This document shows positions 27,447 to 37,244 of a stretch of 64,000 nt of DNA, in pieces. The notes beneath the pieces were generated by a model. The model was given only the letters and a program-made list of their open reading frames with translations, was not told the DNA's origin and searched no databases. A program made the position numbers and the translations under genes. Within the stretch, counting starts at the first letter, position 1. Every line of letters starts with the position of its first letter. The stretch comes from an uncultured Verrucomicrobiae bacterium (lineage in GTDB: Bacteria > Verrucomicrobiota > Verrucomicrobiia > Limisphaerales > Palsa-1400). The stretch covers positions 1,248,001-1,312,000 of the forward strand of contig CAVXRD010000002.1 in NCBI GenBank assembly GCA_963764165.1. The letters are read 5' to 3'.

Positions 27447-29675
27447 ATGGCTCTTTGCTATTTGTTAATTGGTGGGATTTCGGCCTTCGCGTTCGACACG
27501 GAGCCGCCCGCTCCGCCGGTGGCCGCAACGAACACAACACCTGCCTCCGTTGGGACAAACAGCGCGGTTGGCGGGACAAATTCCCCGACACAGCTTGAAA
27601 CCGTGGTTGTAACCGCGGATTTGGACGCCGCCCGCGAGCAAATCGCCCCCAGCCTGGGCGCCGTCGCTTATACGATCAGCCCCGACCAGATTCTGACCAT
27701 GGGCCAGGGCGAAAGCTCGTCCTTTCAACAGGTGCTTTTGCAAGCGCCGGGCGTTGTCCAGGAAGAGTTCGGAGAAATCCATGTGCGCGGCGATCACGGC
27801 GACATTCAATACCGCGTCAATGGTGTATTGCTGCCCGAGAGCCTGAATGGGTTTGGGCAGGAAATCGACACTCACCTGATCCACTCGGTCACGCTGATCA
27901 CGGGAACGATGCCAGCCCAGTTTGGGGACCGCACCGCCGGGATTATTGATGTCACCACCAAAACGGGTTATCAACTCAACGGGACTGAGCTTTCGCTTTA
28001 CGGCGGCGGTTACGATACCTTCAATCCATCCTTCCAATGGGGCGGCACGACGAGCCATTGGGATTACTTTGTCACCGCTTCCTATTTGCACGACAACCAC
28101 GGCATCGACAACACGACGGCCAGCCCGACGCCCCTGCATGATGCGACGGACCAGGAGAAACTGTTTGGTTACTTCTCCCATCACTTCGATCAAACCAGCC
28201 GGCTGACCTTGCTCATGAGCAGTTCCGACGCGGGTTTTCAAATTCCCGACACGGCGGGGGTTCTGCCGATCTATCAATTGGCGAACAGTCCCGCCGCCAA
28301 TTCGTCCACGGCCAACAATTACCAAACAGAGCAGAATTATTACGCGGTGCTTTCCTATCAGAAATCAGCGGGCAATTTCTTGTCCCAAGTATCCATTCTG
28401 AGCCGATATGCGGACATCCGATTCACGCCTGACGAAACGCAAGGGCTTCTATTGGCCGGCAACGCGGCGCGAGTGGAAAATAGCGATTTGGCCAGCGGCC
28501 TCCAGGCGGACGCTTCTTGCCAGTTAGGCGATCATCACACGCTCCGCGCCGGGATGCTGGCCACGTATGACATCGAAAGACTTGACACAACTTCCGCTCT
28601 CTTTCCCTCCGCTTCACAATTCACGGCCAGCCCGACCACCGAGACCATACCCCTGCTCGGCGGCCCGGCCCCGCTTCCCGGCAACCCGCCGCAATCATCA
28701 CTCGCTCCATACACAATTACCGCCAACGGTGGAAACAGCGGGTTGACCGCCGGCCTTTACCTTCAGGACGAGTGGCGTTTGGCCGATCATTTCACGCTGA
28801 ATTACGGCGCGCGTTACGACATCTTTGATGTCTCCTTCGACAACGAGTGGCAAATCAGTCCACGGGTCAATCTCGTCTGGGAAATCAACAACGCCACCAC
28901 CGCCCACATCGGCTACGCGCGCTACTTCATGCCGCCCACGCTGCAGTATGTTCATCCGTCCACCGTCGAAGAATTTGAGCATACCACCGACGCTCCATTC
29001 AACTCCCGGGACGACCCGCAAAAAGTCGAGCGCGACAATTATTTTGACATGGGCCTCTCCCGGCAAATCACCCCGGCCTGGCAGATCACTGGAGACACGT
29101 TTTGCAAGCGGGCCAAAAACCTGCTCGACGACGGCCAGTTCGGCAGCGCGGTCATTCTCGACAATTTTAATTACACGTCCGGCACGGTATATGGCGGGGA
29201 GTTGGGCAGCGCTTACAAGAAAGGCCCCTTCACCGCCTACGGGAATTATTCCTACGTGCAAACCTGGGTGCGGGACATTGACTCGGTTGAAAACGAATTT
29301 CCGAACAACGAGTTGGGATACCTGACCACGAACCACATGCAACTGGACCACCAGGGGCGCTTCACCGGCTCCGGTGGTGTGTCTTATGATCTGCTCAAAA
29401 ACCTCCGGTTCCACGCGGACTTCCTCTACGGCTCCGGCCTGCGGGCGGGTTTTGCCAACACGGTCGAATTAAGCCCTTATTGCCCGGTCAACGTGGGCTT
29501 GGAATACACATGGAAAATGCGCGCCATTGGCATCAGCCAAATCAAGCTCCGTTTCGATTGCCTGAATATCATGGACGAACCTTACGAATTGCGCAACGGC
29601 ACCGGCGTTGGCATCGCCGCCCCCGCCTACGGCCCGCGCCGCGCCCTTTACGGTGGTATCACAGCGGCCTTCTGA
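27447..29675 (+). CDS. TonB-dependent receptor
   Basis: TonB box ETVVVTA, plug domain, YLQDEW..LNYGARYD, C-terminal Phe. Confidence 0.92.
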   Translation: MALCYLLIGGISAFAFDTEPPAPPVAATNTTPASVGTNSAVGGTNSPTQLETVVVTADLDAAREQIAPSLGAVAYTISPDQILTMGQGESSSFQQVLLQAPGVVQEEFGEIHVRGDHGDIQYRVNGVLLPESLNGFGQEIDTHLIHSVTLITGTMPAQFGDRTAGIIDVTTKTGYQLNGTELSLYGGGYDTFNPSFQWGGTTSHWDYFVTASYLHDNHGIDNTTASPTPLHDATDQEKLFGYFSHHFDQTSRLTLLMSSSDAGFQIPDTAGVLPIYQLANSPAANSSTANNYQTEQNYYAVLSYQKSAGNFLSQVSILSRYADIRFTPDETQGLLLAGNAARVENSDLASGLQADASCQLGDHHTLRAGMLATYDIERLDTTSALFPSASQFTASPTTETIPLLGGPAPLPGNPPQSSLAPYTITANGGNSGLTAGLYLQDEWRLADHFTLNYGARYDIFDVSFDNEWQISPRVNLVWEINNATTAHIGYARYFMPPTLQYVHPSTVEEFEHTTDAPFNSRDDPQKVERDNYFDMGLSRQITPAWQITGDTFCKRAKNLLDDGQFGSAVILDNFNYTSGTVYGGELGSAYKKGPFTAYGNYSYVQTWVRDIDSVENEFPNNELGYLTTNHMQLDHQGRFTGSGGVSYDLLKNLRFHADFLYGSGLRAGFANTVELSPYCPVNVGLEYTWKMRAIGISQIKLRFDCLNIMDEPYELRNGTGVGIAAPAYGPRRALYGGITAAF

Positions 29676-29868
29676 CGCTATGGCGGAAGGATGGGACGAG
29701 GGAACCTCTGTCGTGCATTTCTTGCGCGACCTCGCGCAACAGTTGCGCCTCCAAATTCTGACTGCAAGGACGTTGCCCGGCAAAACGGCTGCTTGTCTGG
29801 TTGGCATGCCAAATGCATCCACTTCGATTCGCTTTAACCAATCAAATAAATAAGGGAAAGGCCAAAAC

Positions 29869-30327
29869 ATGATAACAAAAATCAACAGAGCAAAAAAGGT
29901 TCGGAAGTATTCCTGGAGCCGGCGCGGTTTCACATTAGTGGAGTTGTTGCTAGTATTGACCATCTTGGCAATTCTCGCTGCCATCGTGCTACCGAACTTG
30001 ACACATCGCGCTTCGCAGGCCCGGCTGGCGGCCGCCAAATCGGATATTGCCGCTTTCGACACCGCGATTGACATGTTCGAGGTCGACAATGGTTATTTTC
30101 CCAAAGGCGCCGGCGCTTTGCAGTCGTTGATGATCAAGCCGCGCGACGCAAAGGCAACGTGGAAGGGCCCCTATTTGAAAAAGAATAAAATTCCACTCGA
30201 CCCATGGGGTCGGCCATATGTGTATGAAACCCCGGGCAAGCACAATCCCGCGAGTTACGATGTTTACTCCATGGGCGAAGACGGCGCTGGCGGCAATAGC
30301 GCCATCGGCAACTGGATCGCCGATTGA
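29869..30327 (+). CDS. gspG: type II secretion major pseudopilin
   Basis: GFTLVELL prepilin site, WKGPYL, DPWGRPYVY, YDVYSMGEDG. Confidence 0.92.
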   Translation: MITKINRAKKVRKYSWSRRGFTLVELLLVLTILAILAAIVLPNLTHRASQARLAAAKSDIAAFDTAIDMFEVDNGYFPKGAGALQSLMIKPRDAKATWKGPYLKKNKIPLDPWGRPYVYETPGKHNPASYDVYSMGEDGAGGNSAIGNWIAD

Positions 30328-30575
30328 TTGACTGATGACCTAAGAAAGGGAGCAGTAAAAAAAGAATTTGAACTGGAGACCGAGAGCCGGAGAAAAAAAT
30401 CGTTGCCTGGCAGCGAAATTTTTCTTCCGCGCTCTCGCTTTTTCTCCTGTTCAAATTTTTGTTTGCGAATGAGTGGGATGCTTTACAACGGCGTCCGTGG
30501 TCGTTACAATGGCGCGGCCTGCGGGGAAACTACTTATGCCACAGGTGAGTCAACGTGAAGAAGAAAGCAGAACTT

Positions 30576-30701
30576 ATGGGAGACAGATCACCAAAAGCCA
30601 ATCAGAAGAAATCCACGCAGAAACAATCCAAAGTCCAGAGCGCGGATCAAAAGAAGAAGCAGGCCGAATTTGCGAAGCAGTCTGCCAACAAAAAGAAGTA
30701 A
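30576..30701 (+). CDS. 41-aa Lys/Gln-rich small protein (not in the ORF track)
   Basis: MGDRSPKANQKKSTQKQSKVQSADQKKKQAEFAKQSANKKK*; purine-rich upstream GAAAG. Confidence 0.65.
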   Translation: MGDRSPKANQKKSTQKQSKVQSADQKKKQAEFAKQSANKKK

Positions 30702-30737
30702 TCATCAGGCAAACTGAGCGGTCAACCGGCTGGATCG

Positions 30738-32546
30738 CTATTTCTTTTCAGAGGCGCTGCGGTTCAACTCCTTTTGCGCCAGACTGGCGAGGTCTCCCAA
30801 TCGCTGCAACATCGGTTCCGAAAAGTCTCTAGGGCGCGTGTCGATCATGCACAGCGTGCCCAGGCAACTGCCGTCCTCATGGAAGACGGGAAAGCCGCAA
30901 TACGCGCGAATGCGCGGTCCGGAGGTCACCAGCGGATTGTCCGCGAACCGATGGTCGAGCAGTGTGTCCGAGACGACGATCGGTTTGCGCTCATGGACAA
31001 CGTGCGCGCAAAATGCCTGTTCGCGGGTGCCGTCCTTGTTTTCGCAGCCCACGGATGATTTGAACCACTGCCGGTCCTCGTCAATCAAAGTGAGCGTGGC
31101 GATGGGCACCTTTCCCAGCAGCATCGCGAGGCGTGTGATTTGATCAAATCTGTCCTCGGGCGGCGTGTCAAGAATCGCCAGGGAACGAAGCGCAGCCAGG
31201 CGGCGGGATTCGTCGGGAGGCACCGCCGCGCGAACCCATCGGCACCGCGAGCGCATCAGCCAGGCCTGCAAATGGGCGCGCGCGTATTGCTCCGAAAACG
31301 GCTTGATGAGCCAGCTCGAAACACCGGCCAGCCGGCCCTCATCCGGTTTTTCCTTGTCCGCAATGATCACCACCGGGATATCGTGAAGGCGCGCGCCAGG
31401 CTCCAGCCGGAGTCGTTTGCACAAATCAAAGCCGCCCAAACCCGGGAGGTTTTCCTCCGCCACAATGAGAGTCGGAGGCGCGTTTCGCGCCAATGCCAAA
31501 AGCGATTCCCCGTCGACGGCCTGGCAGAATCGCACATGATCCGCCTGCACCGCGCCGGCCACCAGTGAATCCAGTTTCTTGTCCGCAATCCCGGCCAGGA
31601 CGACGACGTCCTTCACCGCCGGAGCGGCTGCCGGCCACTGGATGCCCTTGCGCGGCCCGGAATTTTCCGCGCCGCGAAATTCAATCATCTGCTGTTCCGC
31701 GGCGGGGAAGACCGTCAATTCCGATTGGGCGGCGGCCAGGCGCTGGCGGATGCCCAGGGCAATCACATCCAGCTCATCGTCGGAGCGCATGGGGTCGTGG
31801 TGCGTGAAGGCCACTTGCTTGACACCGGCGAGCTGCGCGATTTCCACCACATACTCCATTGTGCTATGGCCCCAGCCGCGCTTTTTTTCGTATTCCGAAT
31901 CGACGAATTGGGCGTCGTGGATCAGCAAGTCCGCCCCCTTCAAAAACGAGGCATGACGCTGGTCCCCTTCGTCGGGGTCCGCCGTCACGCCGATCTTGCG
32001 CAAGAACGGCTCGTGGTCGCATGCGTAAACAACGCAAATGCCATCCATCTCGAAGCGATAGCCAAGCGTCAGCGCGGGATGGTTCAGAAACCATGTCGTG
32101 ATGCGGATGTCTTCGATCTCCAGGTTTCCTTCAACAAGGTCGTGGAAGCGGATGGCCGCTCCCATGTCATCAAGGCTGACGGGAAAATAGGAATATTGCA
32201 TTTGCCCCGCCAGTGTTTCGCGCAGCGATTGGCCCATGCCGGCCGGCCCGTAGACATCCCAGCGCCCGCCTTTGACGAAAAGCGGGGCAAAGAAGGGAAA
32301 ACCTTGAATGTGGTCCCAATGCGTGTGGCTGATGAGCAAGCTCCCCCGAAGCGGCCCCTTTGCATCCGCCAGCAACGATTGCCCGAGCCCATGGGCGCCC
32401 GTTCCGCAGTCAATGACGACCAATGCGCCCGACGGCGAGGTCAATTGGACACAGGCGGTATTGCCGCCATAGCGGAGCGTGCGCGGGCCGGGTTTGGCCA
32501 GCGATCCACGTGTTCCCCAAAATCGAATTTGCGCCGGATTACTCAT
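30738..32546 (-). CDS. MBL-fold metallohydrolase fused to receiver-like and GAF domains
   Basis: FWGTRGS, HTHWDHIQG, WGHS, HHDP; REC-like segment; GAF with AFCAH..DHRFADNPLV. Confidence 0.9.
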   Translation of the reverse strand: MSNPAQIRFWGTRGSLAKPGPRTLRYGGNTACVQLTSPSGALVVIDCGTGAHGLGQSLLADAKGPLRGSLLISHTHWDHIQGFPFFAPLFVKGGRWDVYGPAGMGQSLRETLAGQMQYSYFPVSLDDMGAAIRFHDLVEGNLEIEDIRITTWFLNHPALTLGYRFEMDGICVVYACDHEPFLRKIGVTADPDEGDQRHASFLKGADLLIHDAQFVDSEYEKKRGWGHSTMEYVVEIAQLAGVKQVAFTHHDPMRSDDELDVIALGIRQRLAAAQSELTVFPAAEQQMIEFRGAENSGPRKGIQWPAAAPAVKDVVVLAGIADKKLDSLVAGAVQADHVRFCQAVDGESLLALARNAPPTLIVAEENLPGLGGFDLCKRLRLEPGARLHDIPVVIIADKEKPDEGRLAGVSSWLIKPFSEQYARAHLQAWLMRSRCRWVRAAVPPDESRRLAALRSLAILDTPPEDRFDQITRLAMLLGKVPIATLTLIDEDRQWFKSSVGCENKDGTREQAFCAHVVHERKPIVVSDTLLDHRFADNPLVTSGPRIRAYCGFPVFHEDGSCLGTLCMIDTRPRDFSEPMLQRLGDLASLAQKELNRSASEKK

Positions 32547-32683
32547 AAGACAACGTGAAACGATTTCATTTATCATGGGTTCATGTCAACGACAGTCCAG
32601 TCCACGCGCAGGGCAGACGCATCCAAATTCCGAGGCGGGGACGCCCTCCCCAGTCTTTTTCTTCGGCTTGGTTGCGGATTTTT

Positions 32684-32737
32684 CAAAAAACAGGTGCGAT
32701 TTGGTGCGATTAGGTGCGACTAGCTGCGATTTGGTGA
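32684..32737 (-). repeat. 10-bp tandem array related to 14868-14917
   Basis: CAAAAAACAGGTGCGATTTGGTGCGATTAGGTGCGACTAGCTGCGATTTGGTGA. Confidence 0.85.
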
Positions 32738-32924
32738 TACTGGCTATGCTTGGGTTTAGGGGCGGATCCAAGGATTTTGGCGATTTAATGGATATTGAAA
32801 TAGTTCTGTGGTCAAATTTATATGGGGCGCAGAGCACGGGCAAAATGAACGTTACAAACCAGCCTCGGGATTGTAGCGCTCATGCGATTGCCAAATGCCC
32901 GGCATCTGCCATCCTAATGGCGTT

Positions 32925-33275
32925 ATGTTCAAATTCTGGAAACGAAAGTCAAAGAAGGCGGCAGACGATTCCAACCAGCATATCGGTTGGGCCGACTGGT
33001 TCACAAATGGTGACGTGTTTAACGTCAGCCAAACTGTGGATGCCAGTTCACAAAATGACCACCATTCAACCGGGTCTCCGCACCACGGGCATCATTCCCA
33101 CCATTCCGGCGCCGTTGATCCCGGGCTTCCCGCAGACGGCCATCACGGCGGCGGGACGGCGGACGCGGGCGGATTATCGCACTCGGCGAGCCATGGCGGC
33201 GCAGGCGACTCGGGAGGCGGGCACAGTTGCGGGGGGCATTCCTGTGGAGGCCACGGCTGCGGTGGAGGGCATTGA
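32925..33275 (+). CDS. small His/Gly-rich protein with GGHxC repeats
   Basis: MFKFWKRKSKK...HHGHHSHH...GGHSCGGHSCGGHGCGGGH. Confidence 0.6.
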   Translation: MFKFWKRKSKKAADDSNQHIGWADWFTNGDVFNVSQTVDASSQNDHHSTGSPHHGHHSHHSGAVDPGLPADGHHGGGTADAGGLSHSASHGGAGDSGGGHSCGGHSCGGHGCGGGH

Positions 33276-33291
33276 CACATGAACAAAGTGT

Positions 33292-33984
33292 TCAGTCAGG
33301 TCCTTGGCCGCGCTTTAGCAAAAGCTCGACGTAAGGCACGTCTGCCGGGACGGTCACTTTGGGATTCGGCGAAGGGATATGCACCAGGCGCACGCGCTGG
33401 CCGACATGCTCGCAAGCCGCCGTGTCGTCCGTCACCTGAATGCCCCGTTCGCGCACGACGCTCAACGCGCGGCGAATGACTTCCACCCGAAATGTCTGCG
33501 GCGTCTGGACCGACCACAATCTCGAGCGGTCCAAATGTTGTCCAACAAATTTTCCGTCGGCTGAAGATTTAATCGTGTCCACGACCGGTTGAGCGGCGAC
33601 GGCGGCCCCTTCCACGCGGGCGGCCTCGATGGTCGCTTCAATCAAGGCCTGGCTTGTGCATGGGCGGGCGGCATCCTGGATGGCGACCAATTCGGACGAA
33701 GGAGAAAGCGCCAGCAGGCCGTTCCAGACGGAATCCTGCCGCTCCCGGCCGCCGGCCACATACCGGCAGGTCTTGGTGAATTTGTATTGGACCGCAAGAT
33801 CGGCGTAGGTCTGCTGCATGCCGTCGCGCACCACCATGATGATTTCTTCGATGGACGGCGAGCGGTCAAACTGCGCCCAGGCATAAGTGAGCAAGGGGCG
33901 GCCGGCGACCGGCAGGAAAAGCTTGTCTACCTGCGGCCCCATGCGCGTGCCCCTTCCGGCGGCTACAATGATGGCGGATGTCAT
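33292..33984 (-). CDS. ispD: 2-C-methyl-D-erythritol 4-phosphate cytidylyltransferase
   Basis: AAGRGTRMG, GGRERQDSV, DAARP, QTPQ, VTDD, NPKVT. Confidence 0.96.
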   Translation of the reverse strand: MTSAIIVAAGRGTRMGPQVDKLFLPVAGRPLLTYAWAQFDRSPSIEEIIMVVRDGMQQTYADLAVQYKFTKTCRYVAGGRERQDSVWNGLLALSPSSELVAIQDAARPCTSQALIEATIEAARVEGAAVAAQPVVDTIKSSADGKFVGQHLDRSRLWSVQTPQTFRVEVIRRALSVVRERGIQVTDDTAACEHVGQRVRLVHIPSPNPKVTVPADVPYVELLLKRGQGPD

Positions 33985-34000
33985 TTTATTCGTGACAGCA

Positions 34001-35011
34001 CTAGGCTGGCAAAAGTGGTTTGACCGAATGGCTGGCCAGTTGCTTGGCCAGCCGGATGGCGGCTTGCATGCTTGACGGATTGGCGATGCTCAGGCCCGCA
34101 ATGTCGTAGGCTGTGCCGTGGTCTGGAGAAGTTCGGATGAACGGCAATCCGAGCGTCCAATTCACGCCGTTTTCAAACGCCACCATCTTCAGCGGCGCAA
34201 GCCCCTGGTCGTGATACATCGCGACCACGGCGTCATATTGCCCGCGGTAAGCCATATGGAACAATGTATCCGCCGGCAACGGCCCAACCACATCGATGCC
34301 CTTCTTTTTCAAGCCGTCCACGACAGGCCGGATCAAGTCGATTTCCTCGCGGCCGAATTGTCCGCCTTCACCCGCGTGCGGATTGAGTCCGCAAACGCCG
34401 ACGCGGCTGCGCAGCAGTCCGAGATCCGCGCAAGCCTGGGCGGCGCGTTCGATGGCCAGTTCAATTTTCGTGGCGTCAAGCTGTTCGGCGACCAGCTTGA
34501 GAGGAACGTGGGTGGTGGCCAGCGCGACACGGAGCCAGTTTCCCCGGCTGTCCTCGCCGAGCAGCATCATGACAGTTCGATCCGTGCCGGCGAGTTGCGA
34601 AAGAAATTCCGTTTGCCCAATAAACGGCTGCCCGCTGCGCACGACGGCTTCCTTGTTAAGCGGCGCAGTGACAAGGGCATCCGTCTCGTGGCACAAGCAG
34701 CGTTGCGCCCCGTCCGTCAGCCAGGCGATGGCGGCCTGGGCGGCGGCGGGCGACCCCGGCTCCAATCCCGGCGGCAGCGGCTCCTCCCGCGGATCGTGGA
34801 GGAAGAAACGGCCGGCGGCGGCAAACTCGGAGAAGGGCTGCAGCGGGAAATTCAGATCGAGCCGCTCGTAGGCGGCGGCGGCATAGGCGCTGTCGCCAAT
34901 CAACAAATACCGGGTCTCATCCCGCCCGGCCTCCGCCGCCAGCGCCTTGAGCGTGACCTCCGGCCCGATGCCCGTGACATCGCCGAGCGAAATGGCGATC
35001 CATCCTGTCAT
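34001..35011 (-). CDS. pdxA: 4-hydroxythreonine-4-phosphate dehydrogenase
   Basis: GDVTGIGPE, GLNPHAGE, AMYHDQGL, RTSPDHGTAYDIAG. Confidence 0.96.
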   Translation of the reverse strand: MTGWIAISLGDVTGIGPEVTLKALAAEAGRDETRYLLIGDSAYAAAAYERLDLNFPLQPFSEFAAAGRFFLHDPREEPLPPGLEPGSPAAAQAAIAWLTDGAQRCLCHETDALVTAPLNKEAVVRSGQPFIGQTEFLSQLAGTDRTVMMLLGEDSRGNWLRVALATTHVPLKLVAEQLDATKIELAIERAAQACADLGLLRSRVGVCGLNPHAGEGGQFGREEIDLIRPVVDGLKKKGIDVVGPLPADTLFHMAYRGQYDAVVAMYHDQGLAPLKMVAFENGVNWTLGLPFIRTSPDHGTAYDIAGLSIANPSSMQAAIRLAKQLASHSVKPLLPA

Positions 35012-35988
35012 TAATAAAATCGGTAAAACGATTTCCGCTTGAGCCGGTCAATCCACTGTTTTTTCAGGCGCAGGCTCTCTTCGTTCTTCAATGTGCGCTC
35101 AATATCCGCGCGGACTTCGTCCAGTTGCTTGATGTGGGCTGGCTTGGTGTCTTCGGCCTCGACGATGTAGCAGGCGTCGGGAGTTTCAATGACGCCGCTG
35201 TGCTGTCCCGGCTTGAGCGAGAACGCGACATCAGACACTTCCTTTCGGAACAGCTTGCGGTCCACCCATCCGCGATCGCCACCGTCGGTGCGGTGCGAAT
35301 CCGAGGAGTTCACGGCGGCCATTTCCGCGAATGGCACACCGGAATCAATCTCGGTCAGGATTTCCTGCCCCAATTCCTTGGCCGCGCCGGGATGCTCGGC
35401 GTTCTGCGGCAGCACGATCATGCGCACTTTCACCTGGTCCTCCACTTTGTAATCAGCCTGATGCTCGCCGTAATAAGTGGCAATCTTCAGGGGGGAAATG
35501 ATGATCTTGCGGACGTTGGAATCGTTTTGGTACTTCATGTACTCGACAATGAACCTATCCCGCTGTTCGCGGCGGAACATTTCGTAAGTCTTCCCCTCGG
35601 CCCGAAGCGTCTGAATGAGGCGCGAGCGATCACCGTAATAGTCGTGCTGGATCCGTTCCTGAATGCGGTCGTCGATGAATGCTTCCAGGACATTGGTCGC
35701 GTAACCGGAGGTGACAAAATCGTGGATGATCATCTTGTCCTCGATCTTCTCCTCGAAAATCTGGTCTGTGAGCTTGACACGCTCCTGCTGCAGAGCCGGG
35801 CGGTTGTTGCCGAATTTTTTAGACAAGTCACCGGAGTATTCCGCCAGCTTGGCCTCCACTTCGCCGGAGGTGATGACGGAATCGTTTACCACGACCGCCA
35901 CCTGCGTGACAGGAACGGGTTCGGCGCAGGCGGACGACACCGCGGAGAGCAGCGCTCCCGCGGCGGCACAGCTTAGAAACTTCTTCAC
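35011..35988 (-). CDS. surA: SurA-like parvulin peptidyl-prolyl isomerase
   Basis: Signal peptide, VAVVVNDSVIT, GGDRGW, rotamase domain; upstream of pdxA as in the usual operon. Confidence 0.85.
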   Translation of the reverse strand: MKKFLSCAAAGALLSAVSSACAEPVPVTQVAVVVNDSVITSGEVEAKLAEYSGDLSKKFGNNRPALQQERVKLTDQIFEEKIEDKMIIHDFVTSGYATNVLEAFIDDRIQERIQHDYYGDRSRLIQTLRAEGKTYEMFRREQRDRFIVEYMKYQNDSNVRKIIISPLKIATYYGEHQADYKVEDQVKVRMIVLPQNAEHPGAAKELGQEILTEIDSGVPFAEMAAVNSSDSHRTDGGDRGWVDRKLFRKEVSDVAFSLKPGQHSGVIETPDACYIVEAEDTKPAHIKQLDEVRADIERTLKNEESLRLKKQWIDRLKRKSFYRFY

Positions 35989-36051
35989 AAGCGCCGATGC
36001 TAGGCCACCGCCATTTTCACATCAAGTGGGAAAGAAGAACGGCATGTGTCA

Positions 36052-36133
36052 AAGGCAGGGACGCCTCGCCGAGGCGTCAGGGGTGAAGCTTTGTTCACGC
36101 CCAACCGGACGCCTCGCCGAGGCATCCCTGCCT
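36052..36133. repeat. REP pair, GCAG variant of the main family
   Basis: AAGGCAGGGACGCCTCGCCGAGGCGTC...GGACGCCTCGCCGAGGCATCCCTGCCT. Confidence 0.88.
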
Positions 36134-36161
36134 CACTTCGAGGCGCGCCACGAAACGTCAA

Positions 36162-36189
36162 TTGACGGGCGGGGGGGATTTGTTAACCT
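36162..36189 (+). promoter_or_regulatory. putative sigma70 promoter of aroF
   Basis: TTGACG-16-TAACCT with a TGn extension, 11 nt before the ATG. Confidence 0.45.
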
Positions 36190-36200
36190 GCACGACTTCT

Positions 36201-37214
36201 ATGATTGTAGTTCTCAAACCGAACATCACAAAGAAAGACGAATCCGCCGTGCTGAAGGAGATCAGGAAACTCGGCTACCGCCCGCATGTCATGCGGGGGA
36301 TCGAGCGCGTTGTCATCGGCGCCATTGGCGATGAGCGGACCCACCAATCGCTGGAGACGCTCGTATCGTGGCCGCAGGTCGAACGCGTCATGCCGGTGCA
36401 GAAGCGTTACAAGCTCGTCAGCCGCGAGGGGCAAAGCGGCAATTCTGTGGTGCCGGTGCGGAGTATTCCCATCGGCGGAAAAAAATTCCAGGTCATGGCC
36501 GGCCCTTGCTCCGTCGAGGACGAGAAGCAATTGATGGCCACCGCTCACGCGGTCAAGAAAGCGGGCGCGACGATTCTTCGCGGCGGCGCATTCAAGCCGC
36601 GCACTTCGCCCTACGAATTCCAGGGCCTTGGCAAGACCGGCCTCAAGCTGCTGGCCAAGGCGCGGCGGGAAACGGGCCTGGCGGTCATTACCGAGCTTCT
36701 TTCCGAGCAGCACGCCGAAATGGTGGCCGAATACACGGACATCATCCAGATCGGCGCGCGCAACTCGCAGAATTTCCAACTCCTGATCGCCGCCGCCAAG
36801 ACCGGCAAGCCGGTGCTGCTCAAGCGCGGGCTTTCCATGAAAATCGAGGAATGGCTGCTGGCGGGCGAATACGTGTTATCCAACAATAATCCGAATTTGA
36901 TTTTCTGCGAACGCGGCATCCGCACCTTCGAAACGTACACGCGCAACACGCTTGATCTTTCGACCATCCCGATCATCAAGAACGAATCGCATTGCCCGAT
37001 CATCATCGATCCCAGCCAGGGCGCGGGGCGGGCTGATCTGGTCGCGGCCATGTGCATCGGCGCGGCGGCGATGGGGGCGGACGGTCTCTTGATCGAAGTC
37101 CATCCCAACCCCGCCGAAGCATGGAGCGATGGCGCGCAGCAATTGACCTTGGAAGGCTTCGCCCAATTGATGGAAAAGCTCAAGCCATTCATTGCCGCGG
37201 CGGGCAGGGAATAG
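36201..37214 (+). CDS. aroF: DAHP synthase (type I-beta with N-terminal regulatory domain)
   Basis: AGPCSVE, RGGAFKPRTSPYEFQGLG, CERGIRTFETYTRNTLD. Confidence 0.96.
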   Translation: MIVVLKPNITKKDESAVLKEIRKLGYRPHVMRGIERVVIGAIGDERTHQSLETLVSWPQVERVMPVQKRYKLVSREGQSGNSVVPVRSIPIGGKKFQVMAGPCSVEDEKQLMATAHAVKKAGATILRGGAFKPRTSPYEFQGLGKTGLKLLAKARRETGLAVITELLSEQHAEMVAEYTDIIQIGARNSQNFQLLIAAAKTGKPVLLKRGLSMKIEEWLLAGEYVLSNNNPNLIFCERGIRTFETYTRNTLDLSTIPIIKNESHCPIIIDPSQGAGRADLVAAMCIGAAAMGADGLLIEVHPNPAEAWSDGAQQLTLEGFAQLMEKLKPFIAAAGRE

Positions 37215-37244
37215 CGGGAAATATTGCTGCGTGATCCGCAAATT

